Origin: Vitrella brassicaformis CCMP3155
Taxonomy: Eukaryota > Protista > Chromerida
Length of the DNA: 64,000 nucleotides
Assembly (NCBI GenBank): GCA_001179505.1
Contig: CDMY01000366.1
Location: 310,001-374,000, forward strand
Direction: 5' to 3'
The first letter of the stretch is position 1. Each line of letters starts with the position of its first letter. The position numbers and the translations under genes are program-made. Below the pieces are notes generated by a model. The model saw only the letters and a program-made list of their open reading frames with translations, was not told the DNA's origin and ran no database searches. Below are positions 1 through 14,514 of this stretch, piece after piece.

Positions 1-917
1 CACGAGAAGCCCCGGTCGGGGCAGCCAAAGGGCCTCAACGAGCAGCACAACCTGGACGTGTTCCTCTCGACCGTGCAGACGTGGATGCAGCAGCTATACC
101 CCTTCCCCCTCCACCCAGACGACCTCGCCAAGAAGCTCGAGCGCCTGTCACGCGGCAGCTTCAAAGGCAACCCCCTCCGCGACCACATCATGCACCTCAG
201 GGCGCACCACAAGTTCCCCGACTGCCCCATCCCATTCACCAAGACACACCTGACCCTCCAGCAGGCCATCGAGCGCCTCAACCTCGGCGATGGCGGCGCC
301 AAGAGGGAGGCGGAGGACACCAAGATGCATGATGCCGCTGCTGACTACCCGGACCCCCATGACGACGGGGTGTTCGGAGGTCATCATGACGATGACGACG
401 ACCATTTCGTCCCTGACGAGCTCCTCTTCGGCAGTGGTGGTGGTGACGCCGGCCCCTCTCGGCATTCCCCGCCGCCCCCTGCAGCAGCTGGAGCAGCAAC
501 AGCACCGATGGACGAGGCGACCAAGGCCCGCATCGCAGCTGCCAAGGAGCGTGCCCTGGAGAAGAAGCGCAAGAAAGAGGAGGAGCGCAAGAGGCAGGAA
601 CAGGCGGACCATCAGGGAAGGCAGGAGGGGGGCGGGGGTGAGGGGGCCGGCGATAGAGACGTAGCCATGGAAAGGGATGGTGGGGGTGAGGATAGGGGTG
701 GTGTGCCTCAGTTGTCGCCTGAAGAGCTGGCTGCCAGATTGGAGCGGAATAGGAAGGCTGCAGAGGAGAGGAAACGGTACGTCTGACGCATGAATCCACG
801 GATACAATGAGTACAATGCAGGCGTTCAGTTGCGTGTTTCTGTACCTGTGTGTGTATTGCAGGTTGAAGCAGCTGCAACGGCAGCAGGAACAAGCCGACA
901 AGGCGAATCCCAACTGA
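1..917 (+). CDS. TIPIN: TIPIN/Swi3/Csm3-like replication fork protection protein (5' truncated, 2 exons visible)
   Basis: Frame reads NEQHNLDVFLSTVQTWMQQLYPFPLHPDDLAKKLERL, resembling the Swi3 domain, then an acidic/charged tail. Intron ~780-862 (GT..AG) joins in frame to LKQLQRQQEQADKANPN*. Confidence 0.6.
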
Positions 918-1203
918 TGGCTCCATACCTACCTAGACAGACGTGCCCAGATAGAGCCAGAGGAGACATCCGTAGATGGGCAGACAGACAGACACATTCA
1001 CGCGGAAGTAAGTGGTTTGGTTTGAATTAATCAATGAATGAACATGCTGCATTCATTCGTACAAATGTCGATCAACGTGTGTACGCATCCGACAACAGCC
1101 ATCGGCCTTTGCGAATGTTCGGAGGCAAAAAACGATACAGACACACGACCCGCTCCCCCGCACGCACAACGGCCCCGCCCGACGAGTGGCCAGCTCAGCT
1201 CCA

Positions 1204-4200
1204 CTACGTGTTCCTGTCGGTAGTCCTGTGTACGAAACAGCACCCACACGTTACCTCCCTCACTGTCATATCCCCATTCCCTCCAGCCCTCCTGCCGCTC
1301 TCCTGGACATCACAGCCCCGCGGGCACCCTCCACGCGGCCCTGTGTCGATATGTATGTCTGGCGGCCGCTCGGGCCCCCCATGACCGGCCCTGCCCTGCG
1401 GCAGTGGAGATGCACTTGTGTCTCTGCTGCTGCAGTGTGTCTCGAACACCGGCACACTCCTCCTGTGCGGCTGGTCGCTGACGGGAGAGTCGCTGGGTAT
1501 CGACCGCTGGTGCGTTGGCATGGACCTGACCATTCTTGTCACTGCCGGTCTTCCGGTCATCTGGTCCCTCTCAGCAAACTCCTGTGTCGAATCCGCACTC
1601 ATCTGGAGGTCGTCATCCGTATCTCCCCTGCTGGCTGGCGGATGGGGGTGTTGGCCGGAGTAGCCCCTCGGTGAAGTGATTGGGGTTTGTTCCGCCATGT
1701 CGATGTAGTTGTCGATGCCCTCCCTCACAAAGGCGGGCGATGCCAACACGTCGACGGCCTTGTGTTCAGGGGAGGAAGGGGAAGCCGCGCGCAGGGCGGG
1801 GATGTCTCCCACGGCCTTCTCGCCATTTGCGCGATTGTAATTCTCGAGCGCTCTTTTTTGCGCCATGGCCAGTTCGATCAGCTTCCGAAACTTCTTTCGT
1901 TTCCGCGCACCCTGTCCCGAACGGAAAGATACAGAGACACAAGTCGGTTTCTCTTGTGATCGGTTCGTGTGCGTGCAGGTGTACCTTCCAGAGAGCCTGA
2001 ACCTTGAGTGCGGCCGCCACTTGTGCAGCAGAGTACATAGTGTATTTCTTCTCGTCTGGCTTCCGTTGGGGGAACGGCAGCACCCGCGTGATGTTCTTGT
2101 TGATGAGGCGGAGAGCCTCGCAGTCGGCCACCTGCCGCATGTCAGCCCCGCTGACACATGACGCGAGGCTCCACAGCACCTCCATGAAGTGCACACGCCC
2201 GCCGTGGTCCTTGACGCCCAGGTTGGCGATGATCTGAAGGAGGGTGCCTCTGCAGACAGACAGAGGACAAGACATTGCTATGGAAGGATAGTGCAGGTGT
2301 GTCTGTGTAAGTGTGCTGCTGACGCGGCGAAGACCTCCCCCTTGAATCCCAGTGGAGGCTCCAGTTCGGCCAGCAGCAAGGGCAGCTGACCAGGAGCGGA
2401 GAGACACACACGTTCGTCCAGACTCTTGTTCTCGCCATTCATTCATATGTGTGTACGCACCTTATGCGTTGGCAGCCAGACCTCTGCGTTCGGACAAAGT
2501 CGAGCCCATGCGCTGATGTAGCGGTCCATGTCCATCTCAGACAGCAAACGGAAATTGAGCCGCTGCACAGAAAGGGAAAATGCATATCTGACCATTGGCA
2601 GCCTTGCTTTGTAGTTACGTCATCTGCGATGTCTGAGAAGTTTTCGAGGATGACGGCGATGAAGAGATTGATGAACATGAAGGACCCCAACTGACACGTG
2701 ACGGCAGAGCCCGTCTGTCTTTTTGTTTGCTGGTTCCTTCCTTCATATGTTATGTGCACGACGCGACCTACCAGCGTGAATGAGCTGAAGTAGATGATGG
2801 CAAAAGTGGTGCTGCCACAGTCCTGCGTATATCATCAATACATCAATCAATCCAGTCTGTCTCGCCTGTCCACAGCTGAGCTGTGTATGTGGAGTACCGA
2901 CCGCTTTGCCGTCAAAGGCATTGCAGTCCTTGCGGGTGAAACAATCATGCATCAGGTCATTCCTGCATCACAACACAACAAGTGAAGTGAGCACATTCAC
3001 CCGGCGCTCGGCATTCAAAGCCCTTTTGTGTCATTCATGCGCACCATGCCTCCCCAGTGGCCATTCTGAAGAGTGTCATCATGGCGTAGTAAAAGGTGCT
3101 GAAGTTGGCGTCTTCATTTAGCTCCTTGTTGCCCTCTTGCGGCAGCTAGACACAATCAATGAATGACACACAGGCAAGCCGATCGTGAGTAAGTCCGGCA
3201 TATCATTCAATTGGCTGCGTACCTACCCGTCCGAACAAGGCCATCCCAGCCACCGCATAGACATAGAACAGTAGCAGCAGTAGAGCACTGAGCAGAGACA
3301 CAGCGAATGGGCGGGACGTCCAACGGCTGTTGTGTCTCGTTGAAGACCTTACCCCACATTGACGAGCGACGGAAGCGATGACAACAGCGTCTGAAACAAA
3401 TTGCGAAGCTGCCGCAGCGACTGAAGCCAAATGAACAAATGCATAAGTGGTGCGAATATTCCGATCAGTAGTCTGACCTTGATGAGTCTGAAGAGCCGTG
3501 CGATCCTGAGGATGCGGAGAATCGTCGTGTCGAAACCCAGCTCGACTGCAGCAGACACACGAAAGTCGATGATGTTGACACGACATACGGGCGCACGCCA
3601 TGGCAGCTGCACTACCAGCGTTAGATTCCTTGATGATGATGCCCAACATTGGCAGCATGACGGTCGCGAAATCAAACACGTTCCAGGGGTCCTGATAGAC
3701 CGTGTGCACGAATCTGCTGTTGGTGTGCACATTTCTGAACAAACCTGGAAGTATATTCTCGGTTTGAATGCGATGATTTTCATCAGAACTTCACACCCGA
3801 ACACAGCCAAGAAACAATTGTTGGCCTGGAAAAGGCACAAACGGCAGATGGGTGGACCGAATTGCCTGTCTCTGTCTGCGCGCACAATATTTTGGAAGTC
3901 GCTTAGCGCCTTTGGGGCTTCCCAGAATCCGATAGCCAGCACCTGGACGCAAAGACAACACGGTCATTCCATTGCAGGTCTCCTATCATATAGTGCTGCT
4001 TACGATAGCATTGAGTATGATGCACACGAGCACCGCGATCTCAAACTCAGGCCGAGACACCCAGTGGAGAAGAAAACGACGCAGACCGCTCTTCTGCAAA
4101 ATCGATTGAACCGAAAGCACTGCACTGCACGCCTACTTGGCTCTTTGTGTATGTATCGTCTCACTCACAGGTCGCCTGAGGAGCACTTTGGGACGGATTT

Positions 4201-7200
4201 TGATGAGCATGCGTTGAGTCTGGACCCACTCCAGCTGCTTTGGGCTGAGGAAGGACAGGCCATTCATCTCGTTGCGGATGTCGGAGAATTTGTCGATGAC
4301 AATGCCGACGAAGAGGTTGAGGATGAAGAACGACATGACAAATATGAAGATCATGAAGTACACGACGGCAGTGGGGCTGGCATCATATTCCAGTGCCCTG
4401 CACACACACATACATTCATAGTCACATGGGCGAGCTATTCTTTAGCATTTGCGCTGCAGGTGTCATCCTCACTTTCTCGGCGCTTTTGTGTCAGTGCACA
4501 GGAACATGATGTCGGGCCACTGCTCCATTGTCGACATCTGATGAGATCGACAACGAGAACTTCTTTCTTGTCTCATGCGTCAATTCAGTCAGAGGACAGA
4601 CCTCAAACAGTGTGAGCATGGCGAGGAAAACGTTGTCGAACGAGTGATCGAGCCGCTCCCACTCCCTCTCTCTCGTCACGATGTCTCCCGTCGGGCCTTC
4701 CCTCACTTGAAACTCGCCCACACACTCATCGGCCGTCTTGATGGTCGGATCGCTGCACTGGTACAGCTTGCCCTTATCACATGAGAGGGAAAAGGAGGAG
4801 CAGATACCGAGGAAGAGACGGTCGCCTTTGTCTACCTTGAAGAACTGGACGCCCAGGATGCCGAATATGAATAGGAAGAGCATCGACACGATCAGCACGT
4901 CAGCTATGGCGGGAATCGCACGTAAGATAGAGTTGACGGCCGCCTGAACAGACAGACAACGAGAGATCCATGGGCCTACGTGATTGATTGCAACTCACGA
5001 TTACCTTCATTCCCTCGTTTCGAGACACCATCCTCAGTGGCCTCAGTGCCCGCATAGCACGCAGACTCTTGAGCCATGACAGATTCAAATCGGCTGACAG
5101 AGACACAGCCAGAGTCGCCAATACGCTATATATCGCAGGGCGCAGGCCACGTCATGTGCGCATACATGATTTGGGGTCGAGTGTGAATGCGATGTTGATG
5201 ACCGACGTGATGACGATAAAGAAATCCAAGACATTCCAGGCGTCACGCAAATAGGCCGTCCTCTCACGCACAAAACCGTACACAAGAATCTGAGACACAA
5301 AGAAGCTGCCATGATGCACAGCGTGCGCAGTCACGCACAGCGTCTGTGTGCTGTGCCACCTTCATGAAGGCTTCAAGTGTGAAGAAGACAGTCAGCACGA
5401 CATCCAGCGCAAAGAGGATGTCCTTAGTGTCAGACCCGGGAGACAGGCCTGGCTTGTCCATCGCCAGTCCTGCACCCACACAGAGACAATCAAGGAAGGG
5501 TCCATTTATTCCACTAGAACGACAGTTCATGCATTTTACCGACAGCCCCCACTGCGATGAGCCCGTATATGAAGCTGTCGAAGAATGGATGCTTCACCAC
5601 ATTCCACGCCCACACACGCAAAGGATGCTCCGGCTTAAGGCAAAACAGCGCGTCCCCCACCGGGCCTTGTGTCTTAATCACAGTAGACCCCGAGACGCCA
5701 CTCGGCTGTCTCGCGAAAGACCCTGTCGCCGACCGAAGCAGTCCGAGTGTCTGTGTGGTAAGCTTCCGCAGCAGATTCGACGGCGTCTTGACGGCTGCTG
5801 GAGGCATCGGTGACGGTCCAGGCAGCGCCTCACTTGAGGTCGCGCCAGAGCTCATCTCCTTCGGGCCTCCAGTGGACGACTCGAAGTGCTTGATGAGGAT
5901 GGCCAGGAAGAGGTTGAGCAGGATATAGTTGCCAAGGATGACAACTGAGACGAAGTACAGGGCCGACACCCAGCTCTTGGTCTCAATGCCGACGTATGCG
6001 ACGCTGTTCCAGTCCTCGCCCGTCAGCAGGATGAAGACAGTGGTAAACGAGTTGAGAAAATTCTTGAAGTTTGGCCGGATCAGCTCCTCTTCATCGCTCG
6101 GGTCGTCGGACCAGTCGTCTTTCAGCCATTTGCCGCCTGCACACGGAGCACTCAATCAGTGACAATAGCTTGTTCCTTCTTTTCACTGGCCTCGGTCACC
6201 ATAAATGGCCATGCCGAGCAGCGTGAAGACGAACATGAACAGGAACATGAGCAGTCCAAGGTTGGCGATCTCCCCAAGCGATGCCATCACCGTCACCAGC
6301 ACTTTCCTGAGCCCTTTCCAGGAACGAGCCAGCCGCAACACGCGGAGGAGCCTGAACGTCCTGAGTGCCGTGAAGACGCCATTCTTGTCTGGGAGAATAG
6401 AGAAGGGAACGTAGTTTAGGACCGTAATCTCGCCAATACTTATCCAAACAATGATACTGCAAGGGGGAGACACACATATACACGTAGTGTGAACAGAATT
6501 ATCCAGTGGATGGGTCTCGTCTGTCTTGCGTCTCTTACAAATCGAATGTGTTGAAGCCATCGGCGAAGTATGCCCTGCATCCGAGGCCAGTGAGTTTGAT
6601 GGCCATCTCGCCGAAGAACACAAAAGTGAATACGTAGTTGAATGTGTCCAGCAGCTGACACAGATACCAAGCAACCGAGCATCCATACATGTCGATTTTT
6701 CCTCCTCTCAGATTATCCTCTGACCTTTTGCAGGTCTGCATCCATGCCGCTTGTGTCACTCTTGGTCGGATCATAATGGTCGATAGCGAGCACGACGGTG
6801 TTGACGATGATGAGCAGTGTGATAAAGCCCACGAACAGACCGTGGGCTTGTACCCTGTACAGCAATCGACGGAACCGACTTAGCGACAGCTCGTTGAAGT
6901 TGATCGTCTGGGACAACCATAACAGCAGAGAAGCCACTGAGAGCCTCGCTTTGTGTTAGTAAACAATACATACAGACACATCTGGATGCGTACTGCGCGG
7001 CCGTATGAGCGGTTTTTCCTTTTCGGGCTCTGTCCACTTGTCGCACTGGCCGCATCTCCGTCGGCGATCTCATCGGACGTCCTGTCAAAGTTGGAGACGA
7101 GCACAGCGACGACCAAATTGATCATGAAGAAGGACCCCAAGATGATGAGCGAGGCGAAGTACAGGTCGTTGACGATGCCGCGAGGGTTGGTCTTTCTCAT

Positions 7201-9091
7201 GTCGTACATGATGGGCGACCATCCCTCGAGCGTGATGACCTGGAACACCAGGAACATTGCTGCCGGCAGGTGATCGAACGATGTGACCCCATAGTTGGGA
7301 TTCTCGCCCTTCTGCAGACAACGCGTGCCATCAGGACAACGCTGGAAAGAGTCTGCACTTCAGAGAAACAGAGACATACATCCGGCGCGGACAGGTAAGA
7401 CATTGAATGGAGTTGACTTGTCTCGTCATACGTGGTCCATCAGGGTGACAAAATGCAGCATCCTCTCCCTCCATGAGCACAAAGCGGTCAGTCCCCTCCT
7501 GCTGCTCACAGATCCCAATGCCCTCATAATCGACCAGGATATTCCCAGCACTAGAAGCGTTCAGCGGAGGCGACTCCCCTGGAGGAAGCCCCTCGGCAAC
7601 TGAAGGCTCGCAGAAACACTGCCGCCTCAATGCGCCCGCATAAAGCTGCACGCCGACAATGCCATACAGCACGATAACGAACGCGAAGAGGATCAAAGCA
7701 TCCCCGAGCATAGGAAGGGAATCAATTAGCGACTTGACGAGAATGCGCATGCCGGGGAAGCGATTGATGGTTCGCAGAGGTCGCAAGAGACGAATGGTAC
7801 GCAGAGCGGAGAAGCCAAGGCTTGACAGCGACTCAAAGAAGAAGCCGATCCATCCGGCGACAACGACAATGAAATCGAGGATGTTGAAAGGATCCTTGAG
7901 ATACGAATTGCGCCCCAACACAAAGCCCATAGCGATGATCTTGAAGAACATCTCCACCGTGAAGAGATAGAGAAAAATGCTGTCGACCTCAGCAAGGAAC
8001 TTCTTGCGCGATGGCGGGGCCTGCGGCTCGTCCATCGCCATGACGACGCAATTTGTCGCAATAATAAGCAAAACCACCCGGTCGAACCATGGGTTGGACA
8101 CCATCTGGATGAAGAACGCCCTGACAGGATTCTTAGGCGTTAGGCCACAGAGAGCAGTAGTGGCATATCTGCCATGTGGCGTCACTCCCGCGGCCTTATA
8201 GACCTCCAGCATGCTGTGGCTCCGAGTCAGCAGCTCCCGCATCCACACGTGTCGAGGCACGGATGCCTCAGGAACCGCCTTTGTAAGCTCTGCCGGCGGT
8301 GGTGGTGGTGCACGACCGATGGGCAGAGGAGACAGGGGCGATCCCGGGTGCGGGTCAGGGGCATCAAGATGAACAGCCTCCACGTTCTTCTTCGCAAATT
8401 CCGTCGCGAGGTTTTGCCTGCCGTCAGCTGCCGTCGGTTGTCCTGATCGCATTGGCGAGAAGACAGAATCCTCATGAAGCTGATAGACAGGTGTGTGATT
8501 CGCGCGTGGCCCTGCTCTGCTGCTAATATGAGACTCCTTCTCTTCTTCTTCGTGTTCCAAGATAGGAACATCGACTGTGTGGGGTCGCACGTGCTTTGGG
8601 CTCTGGCCCTCCCCGAGGGACGTCTGAGAGAAGGTCACGCTGAGCCGAGACGTGGACCGGCCGTAGTCTCGCCGAAGGATGGACGATGGCCGCTTCGGTG
8701 GCGTGACGTCTCGAGCGCTTGTCGGAGGCTCCTGCCGCGCGGAGGGCTCAGCAGGGGGAAGGGCGTGTGCGGGCTCGATTGGGCGCTGTGCAGAGTGCTG
8801 CTGGATGAGTATGGCGATGTCGTGCTTCCGCCTGAGCATCGGATTCCACTCGAGAAGGTCCAGTGAGAGGCCTCCCTTGTCCTCTCCATCTTTCCCTGCA
8901 TCCGTCATCTTGGGCGACTTGCCCCTTTCCGCATTTAGGCTCTCTTCGAGTATCTCCAGCAGCAGAGATGAGTTGCGTTTGCCGCCTTGTTTATCCATTG
9001 ATTCGGGGAGGAGGCCCTCCATGCCCTTGACGCTTCCTCCAAGCCTTGCAGCAGCTCGATTCATCATTGTCGTAGATCTCCGTTTCTTCAA
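1204..9091 (-). CDS. Four-domain voltage-gated calcium channel alpha-1 subunit (multi-exon; 3' end approximate)
   Basis: Four S4 segments (LRTIRLLRPLRTI, LRTFRLLRVLRLAR, LRAMRALRPLRMV, LRILRIARLFRLIK). Pore loops TLEGW/TGEDW/TMEQW/TGEAW. S6 motifs INLVVAVL, LNLFLAILI, LNLFVGIVI, INLFIAVILENF. IQ-like AAALKVQALWK. Confidence 0.93.
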
Positions 9092-9301
9092 GTACTTTCC
9101 CTCAGGCTGGGGGCCACATGCAGACGGGGGGCACTTGAAAAATCAAGCTTGCAAACGCGTGCGTTGCGGACAACGTATTGCGGAGCGAACACAGAAGGCA
9201 GGATGTGTGCGTGACGGCCCGAACACACCGACATGTATGCAAGACCTCTTTGCATGTTTGCACTTCCCTCTCATCTCTGTTAACGCTCTTTTCCTCCTCA
9301 A

Positions 9302-12300
9302 ATGTCATTGCTGATCCACAAGCGTCAACAGTCTGTAACAACAGAGTCAAGTCGGCCCATCTCTGGCTCAAAGCTGCGCGACACAAAGCCGCCCTCCCCT
9401 CCCCCCATGCCGCCCCGTCTGGACCTCAACCCCTACTGCCAGACCAACGTCAAGCTGCCTCCGCTCTCCACCAATTCCTCCTCCAAAAGACAGCAGCAGC
9501 AGCAGCAGCAGCAGGACAAGAGGGACGCTGCCAGAGACGCCCACTGTGACGATGCTGCCAAGAGAAACCGAGAGTATGTGCGGCTGCTACAGCAGAAGAA
9601 CCGGGACTTCGCACGACGGATGAGTGACTGCCGGGAGCGAGAGGAAAGCATGAAGAGGCGGCTACAACAGTCCGTGCTCAGCAACATGAGGATGCATTCA
9701 CTCAAGCGGAAGACACAGGCCCATCCACACCACATTGGCAGTGCAAAGCAGAGATCGCACTCGGTCGACTGTTCCGCGTCTGGTGCGAGGCGAGCCCCAA
9801 AGGAAGACGCCACATTCGCAGAAGATGACGCGCAAAAGACGGTGGACCGTTCGGTCTCCCCGGCCGAGCCAGCACCCACGTCAGAGACAGCAGCGACAAC
9901 TTGCTGCCCCTCCCTCGATTCGACCACAGCGCCATCCAGTATCCTGGCAGACAATCAATTCTCCGAGCCACTGCCGATCCGCGACGAAGAGACAGCAGCC
10001 CTTCCCCCGAACGCCTTGCTGGCGCCTGCAGGTGTTCCAACAAAAGCCGGACAGTCGCCTGTGGCAGCGGCCAACGAGCCAGCGGAGCCGGAAGCAGAAG
10101 AGGACGGGGAAGCGGCCAGCACCGATGAGAGCAGTCGCCTCCGGTCCCTCTTCCGCAGTAGGCACTTCTCCTTCCTCAAGACTTTGCAGGCCACCAAGCG
10201 CGAGAAAGATGCCGAGAGGGAAGAGGCCAGGGAGCGATTCGAGGCCCACCTGAAGAAGCTGAGGTCTCATCTCGGTCTGTCAAGGATAGCAAGCCGGTAT
10301 CGCGTGAGGAGCTGGTCACCCGCCTCACATCGGTTCGGGAAGGGTGTGAGCCAAGACAGCAGTCGGGCCAAGAGAGACGGAGACACGGGCGAGGATGCCG
10401 CTCAAGTCGAGAGGAGAAGGGAGGCGAACCGGAAGATCTTGATGCTCCAACAGGAGTGAGCAGTCTTGGGGAGGATGGGAATACAACACTGACTCTGGTG
10501 TCCGATGGACATGCAGGCAGCTGGCGAGGATGATGGAAAAGAAGAGGGCCGAGAAGGCAAAGGAGGAGCAGAAAGAAGCGATGCGCCAAATACTCCTCAA
10601 ACAGGTACGGGCGTGGCGTCCTTCCGTCGAGACTGCAGGCGACACTGACCCCTCCCTGTGTCCATCCGTTTGTACGTACATGTCTCAGGCCCGGGCGACA
10701 GTGCTAGCCAAGTGCTCCAAGCAGCGTTCACCCCCCTGTCCGCCGCCATGCCCTGCTCCCACCGCCCCCCCTCTCGACCAGCCTGACAGCAGCAGCGACC
10801 AGTCCAAGCCGCCCACACCAGCTCCGCAACCCCAGACGTTCAGGCTCCACAGACCGCGCAGCTCATCTGCCCTTCGACCGGATGCGTCATCACCATCGCG
10901 TGTCGCAGCTGCTGGTCGCAAGGATGGTGTGGTGTCGAGCAGCCCGTCTCCGGTGCGTATGGCGAGGAAGGCTGAGAATGAGGGGCCGCTGCCCACAGAC
11001 AGGGGGGACGGCGCGAGAGGGGGGACCAAGGCGTCTTGTGCTGTCAGCGCTACGGCGTCAAACATATCCGGTATGTATGTGTACTGTAATGTACATGTTT
11101 TTGCTGCCTTTCCGTCCGTCCGTCCACATTTGTAGGTTTGCATCGGTTCCTAAATCGCATGTCTGAGGGTCTGGCCAAGAACCAGCGCGTGCCATGCGTG
11201 GACATGCAGCACTGGAAGAGAAGACAGAGTGTCCAACCAGACACCAAAGTGAGTGAGTGAGTAAGACAGTGAGACGCCAACCATGGCTCTCGGCGTCAAC
11301 CTCTGCCTGTGTCGTGTCGTGTCGCGTCAGGTCTTTATCTGTTTGGGGGGCTATCCTGACATCAAGCGTGCATTATGGCGTCGTGGGTGGGTGGAGAACA
11401 GCGACCCCGAGAGCGACTTTTGGGACCTCAAGTGGACACTCAAGGCCAGGGACATCGGTACATCGGTCGATCCACAAACCGTCCGTCAGTGCTCGGTTAC
11501 CCTACCTTTGTCTTTGTTGATGCTTGTACGTACGCCCGACTGCGTACAGATCACACCAAGCTGGAGGACCACCAGATTGTCAATCATTTCAGTCGCAACA
11601 CGGAGATCACAACAAAAGTCTCACCAGATAGCCTAACCTGTGCCTCAATCAACCAACGACCCACACATTCACAGCACCCCTCACTCTGATGTCCTTCTTT
11701 CCTTCTGTGGGGTCTGTCTGTGTGCGTTGTGTTGTGTGCAGATCGGTCTGCTCCGCAATCTCCGGTCTCTGATATGGTTTGAGGATGTGGACATCGACAC
11801 TTTCTTCCCAAGATGCTTCGACCTCTCTGACCCGGCGGAGATGCAAGACTTTGTCGACGAGTACAAAGTGAGTGAGACATTGACTAATCTGCTTGTCTCA
11901 CCTTTGCGGCCCCCCAACAACATTAATGACATTCGCGTGCATTGCATTCGTGTCTGCTGGTACCCACGTCAGACGTGCAAAGCGATGGCCATTCTCAAGC
12001 TGTACGTCCAGCAGCTGAAACGCAAGTGGGCATGGCAATCGAATCGATTTGCTTTGCTATTCGATGCACGTAGACAAACACTCATACACTCTCGTTTGCG
12101 TCTCCTCTGTCTGTTCATTCAGGATCTTTTACCTGAAGCAGCAGCGGGAGGGCAAGGACCCAGCAGCAAAGGCCAGCCTGCAGTACGACCTCCGTCACCT
12201 TCTTCTTCGCACCACCACCCGCTCCTCCCAGACGCCCTCATCCGACCACACCAGCCGGGCGGCCACCTCCCACCTGCAGCCCAAATCGCGACCCTTCTCG

Positions 12301-14514
12301 AGGAAAGATGAGGCCATGCTCAATGTCGACACCTGCCCGCCGGTGTACGGCGAGGTCATTGTTCAGACTGGTCCGTCGCGATTGATTTGACCATCACAAA
12401 TGACAAATGGTCCTTGGTAGCACAGCATCTACAGGCGTCTGTGTCTGTGTCTCTCCCTCGGTGTCTGTGTGCAGCTCTTGAGGTGTGTCAGCGGTCTCTC
12501 CGCGACATCGATGACGTCATCGACGACCCTGTCAGTCACTCAATTGGGGAGCGCAAGACGCTGAATGAATGCGGATGTGTGTCTGCCCTGCCTGTTTGTA
12601 TTGCATGCACCACACAGGATTCCGAGAGCAGCCTCCTCGTCAAGAACCACGAATGGGCCATACTCAAGAACGTACGCCAAGCCAAGACACACAGCACAGC
12701 ATCAAGATTGACAGAAGTCTCCCCCCTCTCCCGTCAATCAATATGTATGTAGGTGTCTTTAGAGGACCCCACCCAGGCTCTCCCCGACTGGTCGCGAGCC
12801 GAGGCCCTCCGCGAGAGGTATCTGCGGCGGCTAAACAAGAAGGCCCTTAAGAAGCGCAAGAAGAGAGCCAAGAAGAAGAGCTCACTCGGACCTGTCTCGC
12901 CCTTCGACGCCTACCACGCTGGCCAGGATGAGGAGCAGGGGGATGACGGGGATGGAGAGGACGGGGGGGAGGGGAGTGAGGGCAGGAAGGACGGCGGCAA
13001 GGTCAGGCCTCTCAATGGGGAGCAGTACCTCCAGCCGGAAGAGCGCATCTTGCTCAGAAGGGTAGGTATACGGGGCGTTTCTCTCACGGTTCGGAATGTG
13101 TTGTGGTGTCCACTGACTGCATGTCATGTGCGAGCAGGTGCGTGAGGCGCTCCATACGTTGCGTGAGAGGTCCCCTCAATTTGACATGGACGGCACCAGC
13201 AACACGTGGGTTGCCAAGCCAGCCGGGAAATCGAGAGGCAGGGGCGTGCAGATACACACTAACCTCGGTCAGTCATTGCCCTTCCTGTCTCCCAGCTGAT
13301 GAGAGAGAGACGCGTCGCGTCATTGCGTGGTGTGTGCAGACTCGTTGCTGGACCAGGTCAAGACGCGTGAGTGTCAGTGGATAGTGCAGAAGTACATCGA
13401 GACGCCCCAGCTGATCCTGGGCCGCAAGTTCGACATCCGGCAGTGGGTGCTTGTCACCGACTGGAACCCTCTCACCATCTGGTTCTACCTAGACGCATAC
13501 CTCAGGTATGTAGGACACAGTCATTAATTGCTTGTGTGGCTGACGAACATGTCGCGCGTGTGCACGTGTGCTGTGTATGTTTGTCGTGTCACTCGTGCAG
13601 GTTTGGTGCTGACGAGTATTCGCTCAAGAACACGGACAACCGCTATGCGCATCTGACCAACAATTCGGTGGTCAAGTATGCCGACAGCTTCGGGGAGGTC
13701 ATCGACGGATGCATGTGGACTTCCGAACAGTACAGCGCCTTCCTCAAAGAACAAGTCAGTCAGTCTGCAAGGAGAGCGAACGGACGAAGGAGTCACTGCC
13801 TGTCGTGTGTGTGTGTGTGCCTATCTACATCAGTATGGTGAGGATGTGTGGGATTCCCACTTCCAGGCCCGACTGAAGCGCATCGTGTACTGGTCGCTCA
13901 CGTGTGCCCAAGACATGGTACACACAAAGAGAAGAGACAAGACATCTTAGGGCTAGGCCTTGCGTGTCTCCCTCACTCCCTCCACCCGACCTCGATTGTC
14001 CGTCCCGTCTGTCTGTAGGTTGAGAATAGGAAGAATTCCTCTGAGTTGTACGGGTACGACTTCATGGTGGACGAGAACCTCAACGTGTGGCTCATCGAAA
14101 TCAACTCGTCACCCGCCATGGACTACTCCACCAAGGTAAGGAAGGTACACATCCATCCATCGATCCACCCTGTAATGGATAGCTAATGTGATGTATGTTA
14201 TGTGTGCAATGCAATGCAATGCAGGTGACCAAGAAGCTGGTCAAGCAGGTGCTGGAGGACTCTATCAAGGTGATGGTCGATTACAACCTGGCCCCGCCCA
14301 AGAAGAGGGATCAGGTCGACACCGGCAGATTCGAGCTGCTCTACAAACACAAGGTCAGCCACTCCACTCGGGGCCACGGACAAATGCAATTACTGAATGC
14401 CATGTGGTGCATGTGTGTACGCAGAGGTGTGTAGAGCGCCCGCAGGCCTCTCTTGGAGTGTCTCTCGTGCTGCAGGGCAAGCCTATCGTCATACGCAAGG
14501 CACAGAGAGCATAA
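9302..14514 (+). CDS. TTLL3: Tubulin-tyrosine ligase-like protein, TTLL3/8 (glycylase)-type, multi-exon
   Basis: [101 protein letters not shown]. Confidence 0.88.

Noticed and set aside
3431-4615. 394-aa plus-strand ORF
   Set aside because: Antisense to calcium channel exons and introns, with no motifs of its own.
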